DNA from: an uncultured Candidatus Peribacteria bacterium
GTDB taxonomy: Bacteria; Patescibacteriota; Gracilibacteria; UBA1369; UBA12463
Direction: 5' to 3'
NCBI GenBank assembly: GCA_964521465.1
Contig: CAZFSD010000002.1
Coordinates: forward strand, 1-48,640
DNA: 48,640 nucleotides
Part shown: in pieces, positions 8,230 to 17,008 of the stretch
Layout of the letters: every line of letters starts with the position of its first letter
How positions within the stretch are numbered: the first letter of the stretch is position 1
Notes under the pieces: model-generated
Database searches by the model: none
The model's input: the letters and a program-made list of their open reading frames with translations, nothing else
What the model was told of the DNA's origin: nothing
Program-made: the position numbers and the translations under genes

Positions 8230-9159
8230 CTATACTCCGTCTGGCATTTTCCTGTTATCTTTTTTTGGTGTGCTCGATGAACCGCTCGATTTTTTTGGTT
8301 CTTTCGTTCCTGGTTTTGGTGGCTCTTTGCTTCCTGGTTTTGGAGGCTGAGCATTCGATACTTCTGGAGTGCCTTTTTTTGGCAAGACATAGGCTGCGCC
8401 CGACATCTGGAAAAAATCTTTCATCTTCGATGAGTCATACGCAATTTTCATGGTATCCACGAAGAGCATTTTGAAAATCGTCATCGCAACTTCTTTTCTG
8501 ATTTCTGCTTTTTTCGGGGAGAAATCTTTTGCATCCATGACATTTTTTACCATTGCCATTTTGTAGTATGGGCCGAACCATGCTTTTTCATCGACTGCTT
8601 TTGGAAGTTTCTGAGTTTGTGCCTCGCTTGTATTCCATGCGGCGGCGACCATGGCCATTTTGAGCATTTCCGGCTGCGTGATCTCTTGAGATGGCTTGAA
8701 TGAACCATCTGAATATCCGCCCACCCAGCCCTTCGTTTTTGCGGAGCACACATATTTTGCGAACCATTCCGTCATGGCGACATCATTGAAGCAAGGATTT
8801 TCCGGTGCTTCCATCTCTTCCTTCGCAAATGCGGTGATGAGAATTTTTGTGAATTCTGCTCGATTCACTTTTTGTTCTGGTTTGAAATTTCCGTCGGCGT
8901 AACTCGTCATGATTTTTTTCTGATCGAGAAATGAAAGCATGTATCCCAAATCTTTGTCTGATTCCGCAATATCATTAAAAACGGAGGCGTTGAGTTCTTG
9001 TGGTAAAAATGGCTTCTGTCTCTGATAAATCAAGGTTGCGACGGTGAGAACCAAGAGCGCTGCCATGAGTGTCATGATCGCTTTTCCCGACACGCGCGGA
9101 GGCATGGTTCGTGCTCCTGACTTTCGTGTGGGATTTTTTTTTGCCTGAGGTTTTGCCAT
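8230..9159 (-). CDS. membrane-anchored SLH-domain protein with Pro/Lys-rich C-terminal repeats
   Basis: N-terminal TM segment AIMTLMAALLVLTVATLIY. Two SLH-like units (YADGNFKPEQKVNRAEFTKIL; GYSDGSFKPSQEITQPEMLKM). The tail is PPKPGSKEPPKPGTKEPKK. Confidence 0.65.
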   Translation of the reverse strand: MAKPQAKKNPTRKSGARTMPPRVSGKAIMTLMAALLVLTVATLIYQRQKPFLPQELNASVFNDIAESDKDLGYMLSFLDQKKIMTSYADGNFKPEQKVNRAEFTKILITAFAKEEMEAPENPCFNDVAMTEWFAKYVCSAKTKGWVGGYSDGSFKPSQEITQPEMLKMAMVAAAWNTSEAQTQKLPKAVDEKAWFGPYYKMAMVKNVMDAKDFSPKKAEIRKEVAMTIFKMLFVDTMKIAYDSSKMKDFFQMSGAAYVLPKKGTPEVSNAQPPKPGSKEPPKPGTKEPKKSSGSSSTPKKDNRKMPDGV

Positions 9160-9300
9160 AGTGTGGTGAGATCAAAAAGTGAAGAATGGAAATTTATTGG
9201 CATCATAGCAAGTTTTATTTCGTGCGGCAAAATTGTCTTTCTTGTTGGTTTCATTTATTATTGTGCTGCTTGTTTGCGCACCCTCCTCACTCACTTTTTC

Positions 9301-11661
9301 ATGTTCCCACTCACCTCACTGAAACTTTTTTTCCGGTATGTAAATTATATCGGCGCGGCTCAACTGTATCTGAAGGATAATTTTCTGCTCCAGGAGCCGC
9401 TTCGTGCTGAACATGTCAAAGACCGAATTTTGGGACACTGGGGGACGGTTCCGGGACTGAGTTTTATGTATACCCATGCGAATTATCTCATCACGAAGCA
9501 TGATGCGAATATGCTTTTTATTGCTGGGCCGGGACATGGAGCGCCGGGGGTTTTGGCGTGTCTTTTTGCCGAAGGAACCATGGGCGAATTTTATAAAGAA
9601 TGTTCCCGCGACGGCAAAGGCATGGGCCATCTCATCAAATCTTTTAGCTGGCCGGGTGGATTTCCGAGCCATCTGAATCCGGGAACTCCGGGAAGTATTT
9701 TGGAAGGTGGAGAACTCGGATATAGCCTTTCCACTGCATTTGGCGCGGTTATGGATAATCCGGATTTGATCGCCGTGTGTGCTGTTGGCGATGGCGAGGC
9801 GGAAACTGGCCCACTTGCGGCAGCATGGCAGAGTAACAAGTTTCTGAGTCCCGCAACCTGCGGCGCAGTACTTCCGATTTTGCATGTGAACGGGTATAAA
9901 ATTTCCGGACCAACGATTTACGGAACGATGAGCGATGGGGAAATTCAGAGCGTCTTTCAAGGTTTTGGCTATCAGGTGAGAATCGTAGAGGGTGAACATC
10001 TTCATCGATCCATGGCTTCCGCGATGGAATGGGCGTATCAGGAAATTCGTGCGATTCAGAAAAAAGCCCGCGCGCTGCAGAAAAAGGGCGACACCCTTCT
10101 CTGTCCGCGATGGCCGATGATTGTTTTGCGTTCTACAAAAGGCTGGACCGGCATTCATGAGCTCAATGGCCGGAAAATCGAAGGCAACTTCCCTTCTCAT
10201 GGTATTCCGCTTGCTGATCCCAAGACGAATCCGAAGAGTTTGAAAATTTTGGAACAGTGGCTGCGCAGTTATAAGATTCACGAACTGGTCGATCGTGAAG
10301 GACGACCACTTCCGAAGGTGCTCAAATATGTACCGAAAGGCGATCTGCGCATGGGGAAGAACAAACATACCTATGGTGGTCAGATGCTGAAAGAACTCAA
10401 AATGCCGAAATTGGAACAATATCAGGTGAAAGTTCGGGACCGCGGCGGCGTCAATGCCTCGAATACGCATGTCGGTGCACTGCTCGTGCGCGATATTTTT
10501 AAACTGAATCGCAGCGCGGCAAATTTCCGTTACTTCTGTCCGGATGAAACGGAGTCCAATAAGATGCAGGCGATTTTCGAAGAGACGAAGAGGGCTTTTC
10601 AGTGGCCTTTGAAATCGTATGACGAACAGATGGATCCGTATGGTCGCGTCATAGAAATGCTCAGCGAGCACACGCTTCAGGGATTTCTGCAGGGCTATGT
10701 TTTGACCGGCCGACATGGTCTTTTCGGAACTTATGAAGCTTTTGCGCCGATTATCAGCAGCATGGTGGATCAGTATGCGAAGTTTCTCAAACAATCCCAG
10801 AAAGTCCCCTTCCGCAAGCCGCTTGCTTCGCTTAATTACATCCTCACGAGTCTGGGCTGGAGGCAAGAGCACAATGGATACTCTCACCAGAATCCGGGCT
10901 TTATCACGACGATTTTGGAGAAGCACGGATCATTCTGCAGCGTCTATCTTCCGTGTGATGCGAATAGTCTCGTTGCGGCGCTCGACGACTCCTTCCGCCG
11001 AAAGAACAGTATCAATGTCATCGCCGCGGGCAAACAGAATATGCCACAATGGATGACCATGAAAGAAGCCCGGGAACAGATTAAAACCGGAATTGCTGTC
11101 TGGGATTGGGCTCATCCGGGAAGTAGTGATCCCGATGTCGTACTGGCCGCTGCGGGCGATCACATGACACTCGAAATGATGGCGGCCGTGAGCCTGCTGA
11201 AAGAACACGCTCCGGAACTTCGACTGCGCGTGGTGAATGTTTCTGAACTCACGGCGCTGGGTATGGGCGACGAACGACGACCGTGTTTACTTTTGAATGA
11301 CGCGACGACGGACAAGTACTTCACACTCGACCGCGATGTGGTTTTCAATTTCCACGGCTATCCAAGCGTCATCCAGCAACTGACCTGGGGTCATCCGGCG
11401 TCACTGCGGTTTTCAATTCACGGCTACCTCGAAGAAGGAACGACCACAACGCCTTTTGACATGCATGTCCGTAATCGCACGAGCCGCTACCATCTGGCGA
11501 TTGACGCCATTTCGCGCGGCGCGAAATTTAATCCCGCTCTTCGCAAAAGAGTTGGGAAGTTGTGCGAATTTTTTGAGAGCATCCTCACGAAGCATCAACA
11601 ATTTATCGTCGAAAATGGACGAGATATGGATGAGGTGGAGAATTGGAAGTGGCGGAACTAA
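9301..11661 (+). CDS. xfp: xylulose-5-phosphate/fructose-6-phosphate phosphoketolase
   Basis: YIGAAQLYLKDNFLL, ILGHWGTVPG, IAGPGHGAPG, and ILEGGELGYSLSTAFGAVMDNPDLIAVCAVGDGEAETG. The start is moved to ATG 9301; the 46 codons upstream in the track look like spurious read-in. Confidence 0.9.
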   Translation: MFPLTSLKLFFRYVNYIGAAQLYLKDNFLLQEPLRAEHVKDRILGHWGTVPGLSFMYTHANYLITKHDANMLFIAGPGHGAPGVLACLFAEGTMGEFYKECSRDGKGMGHLIKSFSWPGGFPSHLNPGTPGSILEGGELGYSLSTAFGAVMDNPDLIAVCAVGDGEAETGPLAAAWQSNKFLSPATCGAVLPILHVNGYKISGPTIYGTMSDGEIQSVFQGFGYQVRIVEGEHLHRSMASAMEWAYQEIRAIQKKARALQKKGDTLLCPRWPMIVLRSTKGWTGIHELNGRKIEGNFPSHGIPLADPKTNPKSLKILEQWLRSYKIHELVDREGRPLPKVLKYVPKGDLRMGKNKHTYGGQMLKELKMPKLEQYQVKVRDRGGVNASNTHVGALLVRDIFKLNRSAANFRYFCPDETESNKMQAIFEETKRAFQWPLKSYDEQMDPYGRVIEMLSEHTLQGFLQGYVLTGRHGLFGTYEAFAPIISSMVDQYAKFLKQSQKVPFRKPLASLNYILTSLGWRQEHNGYSHQNPGFITTILEKHGSFCSVYLPCDANSLVAALDDSFRRKNSINVIAAGKQNMPQWMTMKEAREQIKTGIAVWDWAHPGSSDPDVVLAAAGDHMTLEMMAAVSLLKEHAPELRLRVVNVSELTALGMGDERRPCLLLNDATTDKYFTLDRDVVFNFHGYPSVIQQLTWGHPASLRFSIHGYLEEGTTTTPFDMHVRNRTSRYHLAIDAISRGAKFNPALRKRVGKLCEFFESILTKHQQFIVENGRDMDEVENWKWRN

Positions 11662-11670
11662 TTTGAAAGC

Positions 11671-12129
11671 CTAGGGATTTACACATCGTTTTTCGTATAT
11701 CTTCATCATTTGCAGGAGGCTTTCTCGTGCTCCATCTATCACCGTTTCCGGATCTTTTGCGATAGGAGGATTTGCGATAGGATCTTTTACGGTGGGAGAA
11801 GTTGACCCCCTTTCCATTTCGATATCTTCATAAGCATTTCCCATCCTTCTCAGCGACGCCTTTCCTGCGTCGACGGCATCTCTCAGGGTTGAGCAGTACA
11901 TCCCTGACATATCTTCTGTTCCCGCTCCCCCCATCTCTCCCGCTGTCATGTGTTGCACCGCCTCTCCAATTCTTCGCATTTGAGTCTCGAGGGTATTTCT
12001 GGCACCTTCAAAAATCGACTGAGGATCTCTTGACTGTTCCTGTACTGCTACGCAGCGAAGATTTTGCGATCCCGATGTCGCCATGATTGTTGCGGCGACT
12101 CCTGTATTGACGAGCATGGATGTGTTCAT
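11671..12129 (-). CDS. hypothetical protein with an internal duplication
   Basis: 152-aa ORF. IFEGARNTLETQMRRI and VIDGARESLLQMMKIY look like two copies of one motif. I recognise no family. Confidence 0.45.
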   Translation of the reverse strand: MNTSMLVNTGVAATIMATSGSQNLRCVAVQEQSRDPQSIFEGARNTLETQMRRIGEAVQHMTAGEMGGAGTEDMSGMYCSTLRDAVDAGKASLRRMGNAYEDIEMERGSTSPTVKDPIANPPIAKDPETVIDGARESLLQMMKIYEKRCVNP

Positions 12130-12153
12130 AGATCCTCTTTGCGGAGGCCCATA

Positions 12154-13650
12154 CTACAGCTCTTTTGCTATTTTTTCCAGGTAGTTTGTGAGAAGTCTCA
12201 CGCCAAAGCCGGTTCCTTGTGGAAATTCGTACTTCTTCGGCATGTCGACGAAGGCCACGCCGGCGATGTCGATGTGGACCCAGGGGCTTTTGCCGATGAA
12301 TTGCTGGAGGAAAATGCCGCCTTTTTGGCTGTCAGCGCCGTAGTCTTTGGAGGCGTTTTGCATGTCGGCGATTTTGCTTTTCACGCGTTCGTAGTGATCA
12401 TGATGCATGGGGAGTTCCCAAACGAGTTCGTCCGTGTGGAGACCGGATTTTTCGATCTCTTTCATGGTTTTTTTGTCTGTGCCCATGAGGCCTGCATAGC
12501 GATCGCCGAGGGCAATCACGCATGCGCCGGTAAGAGTGGCGATGTCGATGATGACTTTCGGATTGAGATTTTTGTCAGCGTAGGAAATGGCATCGCACAG
12601 GATCATGCGACCTTCGGCGTCGGTATTGGTAATCTCTACGGTTTTACCACTGTAGGTCGTGATGATGTCAGATGGCTTGTAGGCGGTGTCGCTCACGAGA
12701 TTTTCTGTGACTGGCACGAGACCAATGACATTTCTTTGAATTTTGAGTTTTTTGAGAAGGCGAAAAACACCGAGAACCGCTGCGCCTCCGGACATATCTT
12801 CGTGCATGTTTTCCATGCTGCGGGAAGGTTTGAGATTGTAACCTCCGCTGTCGAAGATGATCCCCTTTCCGATGAGCACGACGGGTTTCTGATCTTTCAC
12901 GGGCATGTATTCCATCATGATGAGGCGGGCTGCCTGATCGTCATTTTTATTGCTTCCACGATTGACGGACAGGATGCCGCCCATGCCCATTTTTTGGAGA
13001 TCTTTGTGTTCGTAAATTTTGTAATTGTAGCCGTTTTCTTTCGCCACTTTTTTTGCTTCTTCGACGAAGGCCTTTGGCGTGAGGACATTCGGCGGTTGAT
13101 TAATCATGTCGCGAGTGGCGTTGACGCTGTCGGCGAGCAGGAGGCCTTTTCGGATTTCAGCCTCGAGTTTTGATTTTTCTTTGCTCGTGGTGACGATGTG
13201 CATGGCATCGAGCTCAGTTTTTTTCTCATCCTGGAGAAGCTTCCCGGTTTTGAATTTTCCGAGCAGATAATTACTCATGCCCATGGCTTCTCCCACGACT
13301 TCGCCGAAATTTTCCAACTCGGGAATGCAGACGAAAGTCATTTCTTTTTTCTTCGCATTTCTGGCTTCTTTCGTTCCCACCGCAACCGCTTCACGAACTT
13401 TGTAGCGCTTGAGCTCTGAGACTTCTCCCAGGCCCACGAGAATCACGGTTTTTGGAAGTCCTTCATGATTTTTAAAACGGAATGTTTCATTTTCTCCGCC
13501 TTTGAAATCCTCCTGTTTCACCACCATATCCACCATGCGCTTGAGTTTTGCGGGCATGTGACCGGTAATGACTTTTTTCTTTTCCGTAAAAACCGGATAC
13601 ACGAGAACATGATCGCGGGTGGAGAAGCTGGTCTGAAATGTGAGGGACAT
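12154..13650 (-). CDS. pepA: leucyl aminopeptidase (M17)
   Basis: 498 aa with the M17 signature NTDAEGRMILCDA, plus VLIGKGIIFDSGGYNLKP. Confidence 0.9.
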   Translation of the reverse strand: MSLTFQTSFSTRDHVLVYPVFTEKKKVITGHMPAKLKRMVDMVVKQEDFKGGENETFRFKNHEGLPKTVILVGLGEVSELKRYKVREAVAVGTKEARNAKKKEMTFVCIPELENFGEVVGEAMGMSNYLLGKFKTGKLLQDEKKTELDAMHIVTTSKEKSKLEAEIRKGLLLADSVNATRDMINQPPNVLTPKAFVEEAKKVAKENGYNYKIYEHKDLQKMGMGGILSVNRGSNKNDDQAARLIMMEYMPVKDQKPVVLIGKGIIFDSGGYNLKPSRSMENMHEDMSGGAAVLGVFRLLKKLKIQRNVIGLVPVTENLVSDTAYKPSDIITTYSGKTVEITNTDAEGRMILCDAISYADKNLNPKVIIDIATLTGACVIALGDRYAGLMGTDKKTMKEIEKSGLHTDELVWELPMHHDHYERVKSKIADMQNASKDYGADSQKGGIFLQQFIGKSPWVHIDIAGVAFVDMPKKYEFPQGTGFGVRLLTNYLEKIAKEL

Positions 13651-13696
13651 GAGGAGAAATGGAAAATTAGAATGTAGGAGATGAAATTTTACTTGG

Positions 13697-14119
13697 TCAT
13701 TGTACGCGAGAGTTCAGGAATTGTTGAGCTTTTTTGAGGATATTTTTTGCGTTATCAAATGTGAATTGTTCGAGAGCTTTCTCGAAAGGGAGCCACTTAA
13801 AATTTTGGTGCTCGTGAGAAATTTTTATCGATTGCGTTTGGGTTTTTCCGACAAAATAAACCACATCTTTGTGATACATTTGTCCTTTCCATTCGTAGGT
13901 GTACTCCATGGTTTCGCGAAACCCGTCGATGAGCGCAACATCGGTAATCCCTGTCTCCTCTGCAAGTTCTCGCAGTGCGGTTTGCTTTTCATCTTCACCT
14001 TTTTCGACATGGCCTTTGACGAAATCCCAGTGGCCGCCGGGATAATGGAGCGCGAGAAATTCACGATTTTCTCCGTTTTCTTTGAAGATGACGACGCCGC
14101 AGGATTTTTCGTGGATCAT
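13697..14119 (-). CDS. NUDIX hydrolase
   Basis: Nudix box GHWDFVKGHVEKGEDEKQTALRELAEETGI in a 140-aa ORF. Confidence 0.85.
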   Translation of the reverse strand: MIHEKSCGVVIFKENGENREFLALHYPGGHWDFVKGHVEKGEDEKQTALRELAEETGITDVALIDGFRETMEYTYEWKGQMYHKDVVYFVGKTQTQSIKISHEHQNFKWLPFEKALEQFTFDNAKNILKKAQQFLNSRVQ

Positions 14120-14131
14120 GAGAATAAGGGG

Positions 14132-14344
14132 TTACGGGTCAGAACAGTCACGGATATAATGACAGTTTGGACAGACGAGCTTACAGTTTCGACCATACAT
14201 CAATGTGGCGCAGCGTTCGCAGTAAAATTGCTTGCCGGCGTCCACTTTCTGCCGATCTTCATCGTCCTGATCCCAGCTTTGTCGAAACTTCGACTGCATG
14301 AGACCATTGTAGAACGGGCACTTTGAAATTGGAAGCCGACTCAT
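14132..14344 (-). CDS. small Cys-rich zinc-ribbon-like protein (70 aa)
   Basis: MSRLPISKCPFYNG...FYCERCATLMYGRNCKLVCPNCHYIRDCSDP, with CxxC pairs CERC and CPNC. The start is taken at ATG 14344. Confidence 0.5.
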   Translation of the reverse strand: MSRLPISKCPFYNGLMQSKFRQSWDQDDEDRQKVDAGKQFYCERCATLMYGRNCKLVCPNCHYIRDCSDP

Positions 14345-14386
14345 GTAGTATGCGTCGTGCGAGCTGCGGGTTCGCAAAAATGGTGA

Positions 14387-14473
14387 GCCGAAGTGGCGGA
14401 ATTGGCATACGCGTACGCTTCAGGAGCGTATGGGAGAAATCCCGTGAGGGTTCAAGCCCCTCCTTCGGCACCA
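14387..14473 (+). tRNA. tRNA-Leu (anticodon CAG), long variable arm, CCA encoded
   Basis: Acceptor GCCGAAG/CTTCGGC, anticodon arm TACGC-TTCAGGA-GCGTA, variable arm TGGGAGAAATCCCGT, T arm GAGGG-TTCAAGC-CCCTC, 3' ACCA; 87 nt. Confidence 0.9.
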
Positions 14474-14501
14474 GGATTGAAATAATTACATCCCGGTGCA
14501 G

Positions 14502-15683
14502 TTATTTTTGTTTTATAACAAACGCCACAATCCTTGCCAAATCTCCCAAAAAGGGGGAATCAAAATAGACATCAGGAGTAAAGACAAGGCGAATTCCATG
14601 GACTACTCCTTCAGCTGTTTTGAGCTGCAAAGGATCTGCAAGGATAAATCCTGCATTTTGCAATTCTCTATGCAGGAAAAGCGCTTCTTCTTGAGAGCTC
14701 AATCGAATGGGAACGATTCCTGATTGCACAGGAATAACAGTTTTGATGCCGTGTTGTTTTAAGCATTGGCCAAAATACTCAGCTGAGCGATATGTTTGAA
14801 TGGCGCGCTCTTGAAGTCCCTTTGGTCCGAATGTCTTTATGGTTTCCAAGGTAAGATAAGGAATAAGCGAACCTTTCGTGGTTCCTGAAATTTCTGTTGC
14901 TCCTGGAATATACATGGATTCATCCGATCTAGCATTTGATTTGAGAAATAAAAGACTGCATTCCCCTGGCCCTACAAATTTATGGGCATCGACCATAACA
15001 GAGCTTACTCCCTGAGCCTGTGCGAGTCTTCGAACGGCTTGAGATTGGCTATGATCTTCACCAAGCATGCCGAGATTCATGCCTCCGTATGCTGCATCGA
15101 TGTGAATCCAAATACCAAGTTCTCGACATTTTTGCTCCACTTCGGGAGGAAGACTTTCAATCATTCCTAATTCCGTTGTTCCCGCAGTAATAACGAGCAC
15201 GCCTGTTTCCTTATTTAATGCATCCAGAAGTTCACTCACATTCATTTGAAAATCTTGTGCACTTACTGGCACGACTCGTACTTTATCTTTTGCGGCTGAC
15301 AAAACAGATCTGTGTGAAAGGCTTGAACATACTACTATTTCTTTTCCTGTTTTTCTTCGAGCATAATCAATGGCTGCACGATTCGTTTCTGTACCTGTTG
15401 TTTTGACGAATCCTTGAACAGACTCAGGATCGAGACCAAGGGCTAAGGTTGCTACGGTATCTATCAGTTCTTTTTTCACTCTTGCCGCATCTTCTTCTCT
15501 GCTATTTGACATATTTACGGATGCAAGTCTTTGAAAACCCTTCAAAAGAGGAAGTATGGCACGCCATGGAGGCATTTGCAGCCCTCGCATGTCGCAGAGA
15601 TTTCGCGCTGGAGGAGCATTCAATGGATTGGCCGCTTGGCCCAATTCTCTCAAGTCCTTATTATCGAAAGTTCGCAGATGCAT
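14502..15683 (-). CDS. group II PLP-dependent decarboxylase (MfnA/tyrosine-aspartate decarboxylase-like)
   Basis: 393 aa. TTGTETNRAAI, ITAGTTELGMIE, IHIDAAYGG, and the PLP-lysine context SVMVDAHKF. Confidence 0.75.
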   Translation of the reverse strand: MHLRTFDNKDLRELGQAANPLNAPPARNLCDMRGLQMPPWRAILPLLKGFQRLASVNMSNSREEDAARVKKELIDTVATLALGLDPESVQGFVKTTGTETNRAAIDYARRKTGKEIVVCSSLSHRSVLSAAKDKVRVVPVSAQDFQMNVSELLDALNKETGVLVITAGTTELGMIESLPPEVEQKCRELGIWIHIDAAYGGMNLGMLGEDHSQSQAVRRLAQAQGVSSVMVDAHKFVGPGECSLLFLKSNARSDESMYIPGATEISGTTKGSLIPYLTLETIKTFGPKGLQERAIQTYRSAEYFGQCLKQHGIKTVIPVQSGIVPIRLSSQEEALFLHRELQNAGFILADPLQLKTAEGVVHGIRLVFTPDVYFDSPFLGDLARIVAFVIKQK

Positions 15684-15692
15684 AAGCTTTTA

Positions 15693-16760
15693 TTAAACTC
15701 TTTTCGGCCTTACTACTCTTTTCCAAAGAGTATTTGGATCTTGAATTTTGCAATTTTCAAACTTTAATTCTTCAATCCATAATTTTGGAAGAAGATAACC
15801 TGTTTCATTGTAAATGGTGCGCCTGACTTCGGTAGGGCGTAATTTCCACGTTTGTTTTTTCGCATCAAATAAATCACTTCTTTCCATATACTGTGCAATG
15901 AGAGCATCTACTTCTTCGATGATCTTTGGTTTTTGACTCCCAAGGATTCGCATGTCTCCAGTGCCTTCAATGTATTTATTAATCGTTCTTTCTGCATAAT
16001 TGAAACTAAATCTTCGATATATTTCATCGGCTATTTCTCTGCCACTTTTCTTCCAGCCTCTTTCGGGATCAAAGAAATTTGGATCGGATTTTATTTGCGC
16101 TAAAGCATATTCACCTTTAATCCTTTCTAATTGAGGCCCTGGAATGAGGGAATCAACAGAATGCACAGATCGATCAGGAAAAGACACAAAGAGGGATCTT
16201 GCAAGACGGGAAATGGTGGATGAGCTTACGTGGAAGGCTTCTGCTATGTCTTCTTGCGTTTGTGGCTGTAGAAGGAACTTATTTCCTGGAGCAAAAACAA
16301 TATATGTGGCTTGCAATTTCGCCAAATGCTCGACCATTCGTTTTTTTGCATCGAGAGCAAAATCAAATGCCCTTAAAACTCCTTTCGTAAATACCTGTGC
16401 AAAAAGATCCGGGTCTTTCTTTTTGAGACTTTCAAGGACCTGCGCAATCTCTTTTCTTACATTGCCCACAGTTGCCTCCACAGAAAGATCTCCATGAATC
16501 GCAAATTCTGGCTCTGAATGAGCTGAAGATGCCTGAGCAACTGCCTCAGTTCTTCTTTTAAAATCAGGGGTACGAAAATAGTCTCCTTTTCCTTTGGTCC
16601 TTTGGAACGCGCCTGTTTCGATGTCGCTCATAAGCTGCCTCAAAACATCTGCAAATTCCTTTTGTGTGAGCTCTAGCACGGCAATTTGAGCCACACTGGG
16701 AACAAATGACACGCCTTTCTGTTCAACTTTTAGGGTTTGGTTCAATCTTGGCCCTGTCAT
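15693..16760 (-). CDS. short sigma-54 (RpoN)-like DNA-binding protein
   Basis: Region-I-like N-terminus LNQTLKVEQKGVSFVPSVAQIAVLELTQKEFADVLRQL, HTH QEDIAEAFHVSSSTISRLARS, and an RpoN-box-like AERTINKYIE. It is only 355 aa and has an unrelated C-terminal tail. Confidence 0.5.
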   Translation of the reverse strand: MTGPRLNQTLKVEQKGVSFVPSVAQIAVLELTQKEFADVLRQLMSDIETGAFQRTKGKGDYFRTPDFKRRTEAVAQASSAHSEPEFAIHGDLSVEATVGNVRKEIAQVLESLKKKDPDLFAQVFTKGVLRAFDFALDAKKRMVEHLAKLQATYIVFAPGNKFLLQPQTQEDIAEAFHVSSSTISRLARSLFVSFPDRSVHSVDSLIPGPQLERIKGEYALAQIKSDPNFFDPERGWKKSGREIADEIYRRFSFNYAERTINKYIEGTGDMRILGSQKPKIIEEVDALIAQYMERSDLFDAKKQTWKLRPTEVRRTIYNETGYLLPKLWIEELKFENCKIQDPNTLWKRVVRPKRV

Positions 16761-16785
16761 GGTTTATGATTAAAAGTGGTATTGT

Positions 16786-16814
16786 ATACTAAAAATATTT
16801 TTATAATAAGTCAA
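16786..16814 (-). promoter_or_regulatory. sigma-70-type promoter candidate for the sigma-54-like gene
   Basis: Minus strand reads TTGACT (16814-16809), a 17-nt spacer, then TAGTAT (16791-16786), about 25 nt upstream of ATG 16760. Confidence 0.4.
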
Positions 16815-16971
16815 CCTCCTTTATTAAATAAAGCTAAAATATCTAACCGCCTCCTTTCTCTAATAAATTCTTTTGCATTAATTCTCTTCAATCAGCACTT
16901 TCTGAATTCTTCTTCTGTCACGACCAAAATCCTTGAAATAAAACCTCCTTTCAAACTCAGTCTTGAATCTG

Positions 16972-17003
16972 AAAAAAAGTGTAACTACCGGCCACTGTTT
17001 CAC
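16972..17003 (-). terminator. possible intrinsic terminator after rnc
   Basis: Minus strand reads GTGAAAC-AGTGGCCGGTA-GTTACAC (6 of 7 stem pairs) followed by TTTTTTT, starting 6 nt after the rnc stop. Confidence 0.35.
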
Positions 17004-17008
17004 CAGGA

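Noticed and set aside
9163-9300. Hydrophobic 46-codon N-terminal extension of phosphoketolase (GTG start), suggesting a membrane-anchored Xfp.
   Set aside because: It lies upstream of where the family's conserved N-terminal block begins in the phosphoketolases I remember. The internal ATG at 9301 gives a normal-length protein that begins just before that conserved N-terminal block.
9316-10926. 536-aa minus-strand ORF opposite xfp, and similar long antisense ORFs at 29932..31062 (pgi), 12064..13173 (pepA), 7300..8217 (trxB), 20788..21738 (pdxS), 35725..36555 (zwf), 4527..5180 (thyA) and 44703..45392 (nfo).
   Set aside because: The two I checked by coordinates (opposite xfp and pgi) are codon-aligned with a sense gene that has unmistakable family motifs. 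In that frame, antisense stops correspond to sense TTA/CTA/TCA codons, which these genes avoid. Their translations are low-complexity, Arg/His/Phe-rich sequence with no motifs, so they are shadow ORFs.
14474-17008. A second genomic island 3' of tRNA-Leu (decarboxylase plus sigma-54-like gene).
   Set aside because: Spot GC counts are mixed (roughly 27-53% per line). The decarboxylase looks compositionally ordinary, and no integrase or direct repeat is visible, so the evidence is insufficient.
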